The position numbers were made by a program, and so were the translations under genes. The notes under the pieces are model-generated. The model saw only the letters and a list, made by a program, of their open reading frames with translations. It did no database searches and was not told where the DNA came from. Positions 49,676 through 59,095 of a DNA stretch of 64,000 bases are shown in pieces. Each line of letters opens with the position of its first letter. The first letter of the stretch is position 1. This stretch comes from Candidatus Hydrogenedentota bacterium (GTDB lineage Bacteria; Hydrogenedentota; Hydrogenedentia; Hydrogenedentales; SLHB01), in contig CAXXTH010000018.1 in assembly GCA_963668025.2 (NCBI GenBank), positions 256,001-320,000 on the forward strand. Direction: 5' to 3'.

Positions 49676-50569
49676 TCAAGCAGGCACGCCTATTTTACTG
49701 CTGGCGCTGGCGGCCCTGCGCTTTCCCGCCGCCCCAAGGGCAACAATGGCCAACGCCAAGACGGCCAAGTCTCCCCAAGGCCCTCCTCCTATGGATGCCG
49801 GCTCAATCGTTCCCATATCGCAAGCGAGAGGCAGCGTGGATTGCAGGCCGGTCTGGGTAGGGTATCCTGCATCAATCCAGCCTTCAATGCCATCGCTCAT
49901 GACAAAAAGCTGGTTGAATCCATTTTCCGCAAGTATGCCCGCCGAATAGGAACCCAACCCGCACGAAGCGCCTGAGCAATATATCAGTATAGGGACATCC
50001 TCTTTGCCTGCGAGGTCATCGGTATGGGTGGCGAGCACTGAGGCGGGAATGCAATGGGCGTCCGGCACATGCCCTTCGGAATACTGGCGAACCGAGCGCA
50101 CATCCAGTACAAACACCCCACCTAGCCACATCGCATATCCTACGTCCACCGTGGTTTCCAGATACGATGCATCACCGGTTTCCACGGAATAATTGGCGGC
50201 TTTCCAGGCATCAAAACCGCCAGTCATGTTATAGAGTTGCGTGAATCCGGCGGCATCGAGTATCGCCGCCGCTTTAGCGCTTCGCGTTCCCGCTTTACAA
50301 TACACAACGATCTCGGCGTTCTCTTTTCCATCGAGTTCATCCAAACGGTCCAGAAGCTCATTGACGTCTATGTTATATGCGCCTGGGACAAAGCCAGCGG
50401 CCACTTCATCGGAGGTCCGCACATCCAGCATAAAAACCCCGTCCAGCCATTTCTGATAGCCTTGCTCCACACTGATATCCGTATACGCCGGCCATGCCAG
50501 GGAGGAATACGTGATTGCAATAGCGATCATGAATACAGCAGCCCAGCCAATCCGAATACTCATGTGCAT
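49676..50569 (-). CDS. Secreted tandem rhodanese-domain protein with C-terminal TM tail
   Basis: Signal peptide; LDVR..E...G.VPGA, YCKAGTRS, GGFDAW; second domain YCSGASC. Confidence 0.88.
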   Translation of the reverse strand: MHMSIRIGWAAVFMIAIAITYSSLAWPAYTDISVEQGYQKWLDGVFMLDVRTSDEVAAGFVPGAYNIDVNELLDRLDELDGKENAEIVVYCKAGTRSAKAAAILDAAGFTQLYNMTGGFDAWKAANYSVETGDASYLETTVDVGYAMWLGGVFVLDVRSVRQYSEGHVPDAHCIPASVLATHTDDLAGKEDVPILIYCSGASCGLGSYSAGILAENGFNQLFVMSDGIEGWIDAGYPTQTGLQSTLPLACDMGTIEPASIGGGPWGDLAVLALAIVALGAAGKRRAASASSKIGVPA

Positions 50570-50743
50570 CCCCCTTGTGAAAACGCATTAAACTCGTTCC
50601 TATGTTTCCCGCCATACCGGCGATAAGGAAAACCGGTGAGAGGATATCACAAGCGCAGGGTATTTGCATGCTGATGAACGATACGCGGCAGGGAGTAATC
50701 GCTGTAAAAAAGGGTGCAGTACCGCTATTGCCGATCTAGGAAG

Positions 50744-50829
50744 AAAGCGGTGGCACGCCACCGCACTCCACATGCGCTCTAAGTCTTTTTTATGTAACTA
50801 CTTGGAGTGCGGCAGTTTGCCGCCGCTTT
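50744..50829. repeat. REPIN-like inverted doublet, second copy
   Basis: AAAGCGGTGGCACGCCACCGCACTCCA-catgcgctctaagtc...aactact-TGGAGTGCGGCAGTTTGCCGCCGCTTT. Confidence 0.8.
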
Positions 50830-50854
50830 TGGTGTGCGGGTTTCATTTGAATGC

Positions 50855-53425
50855 CTATTTCTCCCCCCAAACCCGCGCGAGAGTGGCCTGGATCTTTTTC
50901 TCGAAGCGGGCGATCAGTTCGCGGTTGGCGTTCACCAGCGCCTGCTCGGCCTCGATCTCGGCGACGATGGCCTGCTGGGTGGATAGGGGCGGGAGGGGGA
51001 TTGGATACTTCTTAAAAAAACCATTATGGAAGCTTTGCACAGTAACACCGGGCTTTATGCCTTCAGCGATGATAGAAGCAGATTTTGTTTTGAGCACATA
51101 GAATAAAAAATCAGAACTCATTTTCATGCTTCTAGGTTGGAAGGCAATTAAATCCTGATTAATGCACATGGGACGTGACAGCATTGCAACTGGGAATGTG
51201 TGCTTAAGAATTCCAGAACGAACAACACAGACCACTGTCTTTGTAGGAAAGAGTTTCGTGGCGCTGCCTGAAACTGCTTCCGGTGATATATGGTCTTCAG
51301 CATCGAAAATGATGTCTGACTTCATATCTTTTGGAGAGACCCATGGAATCTCTCCAGTCCAATAGGTCTGTTTCGTTTTTGATGGCGTGCCTCCACTAGA
51401 CATCAAAAAGTGTTCTCCCAGCTCCACCATGGGCCAATCGGGGTTGATGGGGATGTGGGGGCGGTAGTGGTCGAGGACGGCGCGAGCGCCATCGATGACT
51501 TTCTGGTAACCTTCGATCTCCGCCACGATCTCCTGTTGCACCGACAACGGGGGGAGGGGGATCTTGATAGTTTCAATGTCTGATTGGTTAATACTTGGAT
51601 AAGCGCCTTTCCCACTCATGCTGATCATTTGCTCGACCGATCTATCGTGCCGAATTGCGTTGATGAGAAAGCCAGGGAGCAGTCGGTCCTTTTTTGCCCG
51701 CAGAACAGCGAAGCCTGTAGAGGCAATCGCCCGCGCAGGCACATCAGTAAGAATAACGAAAGCCTTAAGGTTTGGGCGAACTGTAGAAACTATGATGTCG
51801 TATTGCTTTACTGCTCTCCGGGCTCTGCTTGGTGCTTCCTTTGTAGCAACTCTGTTCGCGCCAAGGAATTTCCCTGTTCTGTTTTCAACGCAGGAAATAT
51901 CAATGTAGTTGAAGTAAGAGCCGGGATAGAGGCTTTCGGGAATTGCAGTATCTGAGTTAATTTCGCACACCTCAGCGAGCCTGACATGAGGGAAATGTAC
52001 CGTGGAAGCTGCCCCTTCCTTATACCGCTCTCCGCTGAGGTTGTAGTCGCCGTTTTCGGCTATTTTTGTTTTGGGCACGAGGAGGGCGCCGGGATGGGGG
52101 GCATGGGGCGCAGCGGGGAGAGAGGACGGATCGGACAGATCGGACGGATTAGACGGATGGGGCGGATGGGGTGGATGGGGCGAATGGGAGGTGATGGAGC
52201 TTAGATAGGATTTCAGAAAGGCGGCGGCGGCGGGCAGGTCGTTTTTGTCGATGGCGCGGCGTTGTGCGCCGAGGCCGTAGCCGTCGTTTTCGACTTTGAA
52301 GAAGGCGATCGTGTTGGTTTTTTTGGCGAGTGATTTGTCGAGGATGAGAATGCTGGTTTTGACGCCGGAGTAGGGGTTGAAGCAGCCCGCCGGAAGGGAG
52401 ACAACGGCGACAAGGCCGTTTTCGACGAGCATTTTACGCAGTTGTTTGTAGGCGGTCTGGCTCTGGAAGATGATGCCTTCGGGGACGATGATCCCGGCGC
52501 GTCCGTTTGGCGTAAGATGCTCGGCCATATAGTCCACGAAGAGGACTTCGCTGCGTTTGGCTTGGATCGAGAAGCGTCTATGAGGCCTGATGCCGCCTTT
52601 GGGTGACATAAACGGCGGATTGGCGAGGATGACGTCGGCGTATTCGTTCCAGCGGTCGAGGCTGGTGAGGGTGTCGTATTCGTAGATGCTCGGTTCGGGA
52701 AAGCCGTGGAGGTAGAGGTTGACGAGGGAGAGGCGCACCATGTCGGGCGAGATGTCGTAGCCTTGGAAGTTTTTCGCCAGGCGGCCTTTTTCGTCGGGGG
52801 TGAGGGTGTTGTGGCCTTTGGCGTCGGTGTTGGTGCGCAGGATGTGCTTGTAGGACGAGATCAGGAAGCCAGCGGTGCCGCAAGCGGGATCGAGGACGGT
52901 CTCGTTCTTTTTCGGGTCAACGACGTCGACCATAAAATCGATGATATGGCGCGGCGTGCGGAACTGCCCGGCGTCGCCCTGGGAGCCGAGCACCGAGAGC
53001 AGGTATTCATAGGCGTCGCCGAGGCGCTCGGAATGGTCGTAGTCGAATTCGTCGATGATCTTGAGGAAAGCGCGCAAGGTCTCGGGGTCGCGGTAGGGCA
53101 GATAGGCGTTTTTGAAGATGTCGCGGAAGAGCTTGGGAAGGCCTGGATTCTCGGGCATTTTTGTCATTGCTTCGGCGTAGAGGTTCAAGGCTTCGTGGCC
53201 GCCCAGCCCGGAGCGCATGAGTTTGGCCCAGCCGTAGCGGGCGAATTCACCGGCAAAGAAACAGCGTTTTCCGCCGAGCGCCTCGCTTTCGGCGTCTATG
53301 TCGTCCATGAATTTGTAGATGAGGGCGATGGTGATTTGCTCGACCTGTGATTTGGGGTCGGGCACTTTGCCCACGAGGATGTCACGGGCGGTGTCAATAC
53401 GGCGTTTGGTGTTGGTGTCTAGCAT
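50855..53425 (-). CDS. hsdM: Type I R-M fused methyltransferase-specificity subunit (HsdM-HsdS)
   Basis: GQFRTPRHI, DPACGTAGFL, ANPPF; two TRDs each ending in PLPPLS.QQ.IVAEIE; AAAGGA RBS before MLDTNT. Confidence 0.93.
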   Translation of the reverse strand: MLDTNTKRRIDTARDILVGKVPDPKSQVEQITIALIYKFMDDIDAESEALGGKRCFFAGEFARYGWAKLMRSGLGGHEALNLYAEAMTKMPENPGLPKLFRDIFKNAYLPYRDPETLRAFLKIIDEFDYDHSERLGDAYEYLLSVLGSQGDAGQFRTPRHIIDFMVDVVDPKKNETVLDPACGTAGFLISSYKHILRTNTDAKGHNTLTPDEKGRLAKNFQGYDISPDMVRLSLVNLYLHGFPEPSIYEYDTLTSLDRWNEYADVILANPPFMSPKGGIRPHRRFSIQAKRSEVLFVDYMAEHLTPNGRAGIIVPEGIIFQSQTAYKQLRKMLVENGLVAVVSLPAGCFNPYSGVKTSILILDKSLAKKTNTIAFFKVENDGYGLGAQRRAIDKNDLPAAAAFLKSYLSSITSHSPHPPHPPHPSNPSDLSDPSSLPAAPHAPHPGALLVPKTKIAENGDYNLSGERYKEGAASTVHFPHVRLAEVCEINSDTAIPESLYPGSYFNYIDISCVENRTGKFLGANRVATKEAPSRARRAVKQYDIIVSTVRPNLKAFVILTDVPARAIASTGFAVLRAKKDRLLPGFLINAIRHDRSVEQMISMSGKGAYPSINQSDIETIKIPLPPLSVQQEIVAEIEGYQKVIDGARAVLDHYRPHIPINPDWPMVELGEHFLMSSGGTPSKTKQTYWTGEIPWVSPKDMKSDIIFDAEDHISPEAVSGSATKLFPTKTVVCVVRSGILKHTFPVAMLSRPMCINQDLIAFQPRSMKMSSDFLFYVLKTKSASIIAEGIKPGVTVQSFHNGFFKKYPIPLPPLSTQQAIVAEIEAEQALVNANRELIARFEKKIQATLARVWGEK

Positions 53426-53472
53426 GGGATTTCCTTTGTGATCGGGCGGATCGGGTGGATCGGGCGGATCAG

Positions 53473-54198
53473 TCAAACATCGATGAGGCCTTTGCAATCG
53501 GGGTAGCCGGAGCAGCCCCAAAACTGTTTCCCGGCGCTTTTTCCTTTCTGCGCGGTGCGCAACACCATCGCTTTTCCGCATATAGGGCAAGCGGGAATAA
53601 CCGCAGGGGTATCGTTTTTATGGCGGTTGCGTTCGGCCAGGCGCGCGGCAGCTAATTGTTCACTATACCCGCCTTCCGTAATGAACGCCTCTTCGAGTGC
53701 GGCGATTTGCTTATCGAGCAAGTAATTGGCTTGGTGAATCAGGCAGAGCAAGGCGTTGGCGCGCATGGCAGGGTCGTCGTGTTCGAGCCATTTGGCGTAA
53801 CGGGCGAAGTGATCGGCCGGATCGGTCTGATCGGTCGGATCGGTCGGATCATCATGGTGGCGGCCGATTTGTCGGACGGCCAGCGCTTCTGGGTCATCTG
53901 GCGCCCACATGCGCAAATGGCGGTGCCGCAGAAAATCCTCGTAATCGAGCAGAAGCTCCTCGAGGCTGGCGCGCGCGACGTTGACCAATCGAAGCTCCGT
54001 CTGGGATGAGGTAGCGGCGGCGCGGCTGCCTTCCGCGATGTTCTGCCGTCCACTGCGGGCGGCCTGCACCATTTGATCGCTCATCCGGGAACGCGGCTCC
54101 AGATAGCGTTCGCAAAACCAGTATGTGGCGTCATATATAATGGTGGCTATTTGAAAACTATGCAGCTCCCGGTAGCCCCCGCTCGCTCGAATCTTCAC
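53473..54198 (-). CDS. Four-helix-bundle protein (23S IVS/bAvd-like) with suffix domain and topoisomerase-type C4 Zn ribbon
   Basis: GGYR.L.SF, DQMVQAARSGRQNIAEG, VARASLEELL.DYEDFL, EGGYSE.L, CPICG..M...FWGCSGYPDC. Confidence 0.9.
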   Translation of the reverse strand: MKIRASGGYRELHSFQIATIIYDATYWFCERYLEPRSRMSDQMVQAARSGRQNIAEGSRAAATSSQTELRLVNVARASLEELLLDYEDFLRHRHLRMWAPDDPEALAVRQIGRHHDDPTDPTDQTDPADHFARYAKWLEHDDPAMRANALLCLIHQANYLLDKQIAALEEAFITEGGYSEQLAAARLAERNRHKNDTPAVIPACPICGKAMVLRTAQKGKSAGKQFWGCSGYPDCKGLIDV

Positions 54199-54209
54199 TG
54201 CCCGGCCTC

Positions 54210-56738
54210 CTATGCGACAAATTTGTTCAAGGATACGTAATCCTTGATGTAATTTGGAATAAGGGTACGGTATTTTTCTGGGACAGCGAGATAATCACGC
54301 GAGGGAAAGCTCGCATAGGTGGCAAGTTCGGGGAATCGTTTATTCTCAACGATATGGCGCACTCGGTCGTCTGTCACATATGCTTTGAAATAGGCCTTGA
54401 TGGCCGGTATGGCTTCGGATTCCTCTGGTTTATAATCGGCGACAAATTTGGCGAACTCCTCCTCCAGTAATTCATCCTTGGACTTGAAGCCGGGAATGAG
54501 GCCAAAAACTTTCTCCAGGATTTCACGCAAAGTGAGGCGCCGATCCACGTTAGTGGCCTTGCGCAACTTATCGAGGGAATAATATTCCTCGGGCTTGTCA
54601 AAGACTTCCTGATTCACATACTCAATGACACGGTCCCACTGGCCCGCCTCGACCCAAGTTTCAATAGCGGGGTCTTTTCGGACGGTGTCCTCGAATTTCT
54701 CGAAGAACATGTGGTCCACTTTCATGCCATCGAGGCCTATTTTTTCCTCTTTGACGCTCGATAAGATATCGTCTCCGTCGTGCTCGTAGATGCCGCCGAT
54801 GACGCCACCGCCGCCAGGCTCCCTTTTTTCATGGGGTGCGGGCAGCTTGATTACTTGATCGTAGTTGTATTTCTCTTCGAAGTATTCACAATTGGCGAAA
54901 AAATCGAACATCTTGTAAGTGGTTTTGTCTGGTTCTTTCACGCTCGGCTTGATGGCGTCGTCGAAGAGTTGTTCGAGGAAATCATGTTTTCGGGTGCCGC
55001 GCCCTTTAATTTGAATGAAATCGGTCGGCGAGAAGATCGGACGGAAGAGACCGAGGTTCAGGATGTCGGGGCAATCGTAGCCCGTGGTCATCATGCCGAC
55101 GGTGACGCACACACGTGCCTTGCTGGTTTTATAGGTATCTATAAAATTTGCTGAACCGAGCAGGTTGTTGTTGGTGAAGTTGATGGTGAACTGCTGGGCG
55201 TCGGGGATCTGTGAAGTGACTTGCACGGCGAAGTCGGAATGGTATTTGCCGGGGAACATCTTGTCCGCGAACAGGTTCAGGATTTGAGTCAGCTTGGCCG
55301 CGTGATGCTGGCTGACCGCAAATACAATGGATTTTCCGATTTCGCCCGAGACGGGGTCACGCAGGGCGTGTTCGAGGAAAGTCTTGCACATCAGTTCGTT
55401 CGAAGCATCCGCGAAGAAGCGTTTCTCGAATTCGCGCTGGCTATAGGTTTCTGTATGTTCTACGCCATCACCGTCCGTGATTTCCACGAGGAAGCCCTGG
55501 TCCGATAGAAGCTGGGTCGTGATCCCCGTACGCGCGTCCACCACGGTAGGATTAATGAGGTAACCATCCTTGACGCCATCCAAGAGCGAATACCGAAACG
55601 TGGGCTGGCCGTCTTCACAGCCGAAAGTCCGGTAGGTATCCATCATGAGCCGCCGCTCATACTCGCGAGGATCCCGCGCATTCGCCTTGTCCGGCTCGAA
55701 TTTTTTCAGGTAATCCTTTGGCGTGGCGGTAAGGCCGAGTTTGTAGCCGACGAAATACTCGAAGACCGCACGTGCGTTCCCTCCGATTGAGCGATGGGCT
55801 TCGTCCGAGATTACGAGGTCGAAATCGGTGGGTGAAAAGAGCGCCTGGTATTTATTATTAAAGAGGAAGGACTGGACCGTGCTGACGACGATCTCCGCAC
55901 GCCGCCAGTCGTCACGGGTTTCTTTATAGATCGCGGTATGAAAATCCGCCGAGAGCACTCCAGTGAAGGCTTTCTTGGCTTGGTCCTCCAGTTCGAGGCG
56001 GTCTACCAGGAAAAGGACGCGCCGGGCATTGCTGGTATGAAGGAATAGCTTGATGACTGCGGCGGCGGTCAAGGTTTTGCCGGTGCCTGTCGCCATTTCG
56101 AACAGGAAACGGTCTTTGCCGTCATCGACTGCCCGCTGCAAAGCGTGGATAGCCTTGAGCTGGTATTGCCTAAGGAAGCGCAGCTTATTGGTTTGGATAT
56201 AGGCCGGGCGTTCGGTTTCGTTCTTCCACGCCGCTTCGGATTGGTAGCGAGGCCGTTGCGTAAGGACGATATAATCTTCGTCAATGTGCTCTTCGATGAG
56301 GCGTTGGGGATTCGGCGTGATTTTTTGGTATCCAGTGACGGAATCGGGAGTCGGAAATGACGTGATGAGATAGGGGTTTCCGCGCTCTAAGTCCCAGAAG
56401 TAATGCTGATTGCCATTCGATAGAATAACAAAGCGGCAGTTTTGAGACCGGGCGTACCTTCTGGCTTGTTCCTTGCCAATAAGCGGATTCTTCTCCTCTG
56501 ACTTGGCTTCGAGAACAATGAAAGGAAATCCCTTTTCGTTCAGGAGTACAAAGTCTATGTATCCTTTGGATGCCTGTTCAAAGTTCTCGCCAAGGGCGTC
56601 AACGATTTCCCGCCTGAGCATGACGCCTGGCTCGAGCTGTATGTTCGCAGGGCGGCCATTTTCAGAAAAAAACCGCCAGCCAGCCGCTTCGAGTTGTTTG
56701 TTAATCTTTATGCGCGCCGTGGCTTCTTTTTTGGCCAT
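54210..56738 (-). CDS. hsdR: Type I restriction endonuclease subunit R
   Basis: E..AR..I...L..AGW, IDF...VLEAK nuclease motif, LRQYQ, MATGTGKT, DEAHRS, LTATP, TGYDCP, QIKGRGTR. Confidence 0.93.
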   Translation of the reverse strand: MAKKEATARIKINKQLEAAGWRFFSENGRPANIQLEPGVMLRREIVDALGENFEQASKGYIDFVLLNEKGFPFIVLEAKSEEKNPLIGKEQARRYARSQNCRFVILSNGNQHYFWDLERGNPYLITSFPTPDSVTGYQKITPNPQRLIEEHIDEDYIVLTQRPRYQSEAAWKNETERPAYIQTNKLRFLRQYQLKAIHALQRAVDDGKDRFLFEMATGTGKTLTAAAVIKLFLHTSNARRVLFLVDRLELEDQAKKAFTGVLSADFHTAIYKETRDDWRRAEIVVSTVQSFLFNNKYQALFSPTDFDLVISDEAHRSIGGNARAVFEYFVGYKLGLTATPKDYLKKFEPDKANARDPREYERRLMMDTYRTFGCEDGQPTFRYSLLDGVKDGYLINPTVVDARTGITTQLLSDQGFLVEITDGDGVEHTETYSQREFEKRFFADASNELMCKTFLEHALRDPVSGEIGKSIVFAVSQHHAAKLTQILNLFADKMFPGKYHSDFAVQVTSQIPDAQQFTINFTNNNLLGSANFIDTYKTSKARVCVTVGMMTTGYDCPDILNLGLFRPIFSPTDFIQIKGRGTRKHDFLEQLFDDAIKPSVKEPDKTTYKMFDFFANCEYFEEKYNYDQVIKLPAPHEKREPGGGGVIGGIYEHDGDDILSSVKEEKIGLDGMKVDHMFFEKFEDTVRKDPAIETWVEAGQWDRVIEYVNQEVFDKPEEYYSLDKLRKATNVDRRLTLREILEKVFGLIPGFKSKDELLEEEFAKFVADYKPEESEAIPAIKAYFKAYVTDDRVRHIVENKRFPELATYASFPSRDYLAVPEKYRTLIPNYIKDYVSLNKFVA

Positions 56739-56776
56739 TCCTGTTCCTTTCTGTGTGATCGGCCTGATCGGTCTGA

Positions 56777-58540
56777 TCAGTCTGATTCCATGGCCTGAAG
56801 TTCGCGCAATTTCGCCATGAGCGCCTCGTAGGCCGCCGGATTCGCCACCTGCTTGCGGAGGCCATCGGGGAGATAGCGCATGTCAGTGCATTCGGCCACG
56901 GCGGCGAGGATTTGCAGTTCGTGGGCGGATTCACGGGAGCTGCGGAAGTTTTGGATGACTTCCGACAGGAGCGGCGCATCGAGCGCCGAGCCGCGCAGGA
57001 GCGATTCCCGGCGCGCGCGCATGAGGACGCCTTCGATGTCTGCCCCGCTCAAGGGGGGAACGTGGCTCAGGTCCGGTAAAGACTCGGGCGTGAGGCTGAG
57101 CTTGGCCTTCTTTCCCATGGCCATGAACATTTCGCGCAATTCATCGGGCGTTTGGGGATAAAACAGGGGGATGTGCTCCTCGCACCGGCCCTGGCGTTTA
57201 AGGTCCACGGGCAGTAAGTCGGGGCGGCACGTGAGGAGAAACCACACGACCCGACCACGGTAGCTGGTGTCGCCCATTTGGCTGGCCACTTGGGCGAATA
57301 CGCGCGCGCTCGTGCCGGAGTCGCCCGACGCGCCCCGGTTGCCCAAGGCGGCGTCGGCCTCGTCGATGATGACGGCCACGGGACCCAGTTCGCGCACCAC
57401 GGAGAGGATGCGCTCGAGGTTGGCCTCGGTTTCGCCCACGTATTTGCTGCGGAAGTTGCGTATCATGACGCACGGGATGCCCGCGCTTCCGGCGTAGCAC
57501 ATGGCGAGAAAGGTTTTGCCGACGCCCACCGGGCCGCAGAGCAAATAGCCCATGGGCACGGCGTCGAACTGGCCGTCGCGCATGAGCCGGGCATCGCTCG
57601 AAAGGCGCTCTTTCGCCGCCGCGAGGCCCGCGACCATATCGAGGTTGTATTTAGGCTCGATGAATTCGAGCAGCCCAGGACATTGGGCTTCCATGAGCCG
57701 CTTCTTCACCTCCATGAGACGCACATCGCTCACACTAGGCCCTTCGGCGGGCGCGGGCGGCGCATCCGCGCCGGTTTTCACCACCTCGCTGCTGGCGGGC
57801 CCGGGCTGGCGCGCGGGGGCGCGCAACAGGCGCATCATGTTGTCGAGGCTCACGAGCGTAAGCCCGGCGCTAAGCGAAGCGAGGCGTTCCGCGTCGGGGG
57901 CGAAATCAGCAAATTGGTTCTGGACGAAGGCGAGGCGTTCGCCTCGGTTCGGCATGCGCAGTTGCACCTCTTCCGTGTGGCCGCTCTGCACAAGGGCGGG
58001 ATGGAGCCGCGCCAGGCTCTCCGTCATGAGCACGAAGATGATGTTTACACGGCGGATGACTGGGCTTCGCGCCCAATTCAGGAACGTTGCGAGATGTTCC
58101 CCGGCCCGGTCATCGGCGGGACAAATGAGGTCGGCGTAATCGAACAAGATAGCCGTCTTGCGCGTCCTGCTCTCTTCGCCCACGAGCAACAGTGATACGA
58201 GCCGGTCGATGAGGCGCAGGCTTTGCGTGGGGTCGCGCGGCAGTTCCGCATCCTGGCCGAGGAGCCGCCCGAGGAGGCTGTTCATCTTTGTCAGGCGCGC
58301 AGGGTCGCCCGCCGTGAAGGGCCGCAAGCCCCTGCCCATGTCGTAATGCAGCACGAGATCGTAGTTGCCGAAAAGGCGGCGCGCCAGAAAATCCGACAGC
58401 GGTTCAGCCGCGTACTTCGCGCCATCCGAACTGCCCGCCACATCGGCTACATTGCCATGCAGCAAAAACATGCTCGCGCCGCCGGAGAGATAGGCGTCCC
58501 GCAATTGCTCCGCCCAAATGGGCCATATACGCTCGATCAT
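56777..58540 (-). CDS. AAA+ ATPase (degenerate N-terminal AAA domain plus one intact AAA domain)
   Basis: GPVGVGKT, SKYVGETE.N, IIDEAD, RPDLL..DLKRQGR, SGADIE. Confidence 0.9.
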   Translation of the reverse strand: MIERIWPIWAEQLRDAYLSGGASMFLLHGNVADVAGSSDGAKYAAEPLSDFLARRLFGNYDLVLHYDMGRGLRPFTAGDPARLTKMNSLLGRLLGQDAELPRDPTQSLRLIDRLVSLLLVGEESRTRKTAILFDYADLICPADDRAGEHLATFLNWARSPVIRRVNIIFVLMTESLARLHPALVQSGHTEEVQLRMPNRGERLAFVQNQFADFAPDAERLASLSAGLTLVSLDNMMRLLRAPARQPGPASSEVVKTGADAPPAPAEGPSVSDVRLMEVKKRLMEAQCPGLLEFIEPKYNLDMVAGLAAAKERLSSDARLMRDGQFDAVPMGYLLCGPVGVGKTFLAMCYAGSAGIPCVMIRNFRSKYVGETEANLERILSVVRELGPVAVIIDEADAALGNRGASGDSGTSARVFAQVASQMGDTSYRGRVVWFLLTCRPDLLPVDLKRQGRCEEHIPLFYPQTPDELREMFMAMGKKAKLSLTPESLPDLSHVPPLSGADIEGVLMRARRESLLRGSALDAPLLSEVIQNFRSSRESAHELQILAAVAECTDMRYLPDGLRKQVANPAAYEALMAKLRELQAMESD

Positions 58541-58553
58541 AAGGCCTCCTTTT

Positions 58554-58706
58554 TAGACCACTAAATAGAGACCACTAAATACACGAAATACACTAAAGTA
58601 ACTCAGTTTGTTGTTGTTTTAAGCTCAATGTTTATACTGAGGACTTTTTAAAAACTTCAAATTTTAGTGTGTTTCGTGTATTTAGTGGTCTATATTTCGT
58701 GGTCTA
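58554..58706. repeat. Foldback element A made of CAC(G/T)AAATA 9-mers
   Basis: 44-nt inverted arms 58554-58597 and 58663-58706, 41/44 complementary; AT-rich loop. Confidence 0.92.
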
Positions 58707-59081
58707 TATAATAATCCGTTCGATGGTCACCTTTGGGTGATGGCCGAAATTGACGAGTAATCCCAATCGTAAATTCGTTGCCCGCAGGTAATTGAAGAGT
58801 TGAGCTTGGTGTTCCGCTGATGTTTCGTGAAGCGCTTTTAGTTCGACGATGATCTTGTCGTAACAAATAAGGTCGGGCCTGTAAGTCTGAGTAAGGGCTT
58901 CACCTTTGTAGTGAAGTTTTAATTCGCATTGAGAAACATAGGGAATGCCGCACCGAACCAGCTCCTTTTCCAGGCATTCCTGGTATACAGCCTCCAGAAA
59001 TCCACAGCCCATTTCCTTATAGACTTCAAAGATGGCTCCCTGAATGGCGAAGACCTCCTCCTTGTACAGCAAGTCGGCCAT
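58704..59081 (-). CDS. GxxExxY protein (PD-(D/E)XK nuclease fold)
   Basis: GFLEAVY signature, RPDL...IIVELKA, H.AQL.NYL, GLLVNFG. Confidence 0.95.
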   Translation of the reverse strand: MADLLYKEEVFAIQGAIFEVYKEMGCGFLEAVYQECLEKELVRCGIPYVSQCELKLHYKGEALTQTYRPDLICYDKIIVELKALHETSAEHQAQLFNYLRATNLRLGLLVNFGHHPKVTIERIII

Positions 59082-59095
59082 GCGGGCCTCCTTTC

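Noticed and set aside
53426-53590. N-terminal extension of HsdM-S in the ORF track
   Set aside because: Overlaps the four-helix gene and the repeat tract; the RBS and the MLDTNTKRR start indicate 53425.
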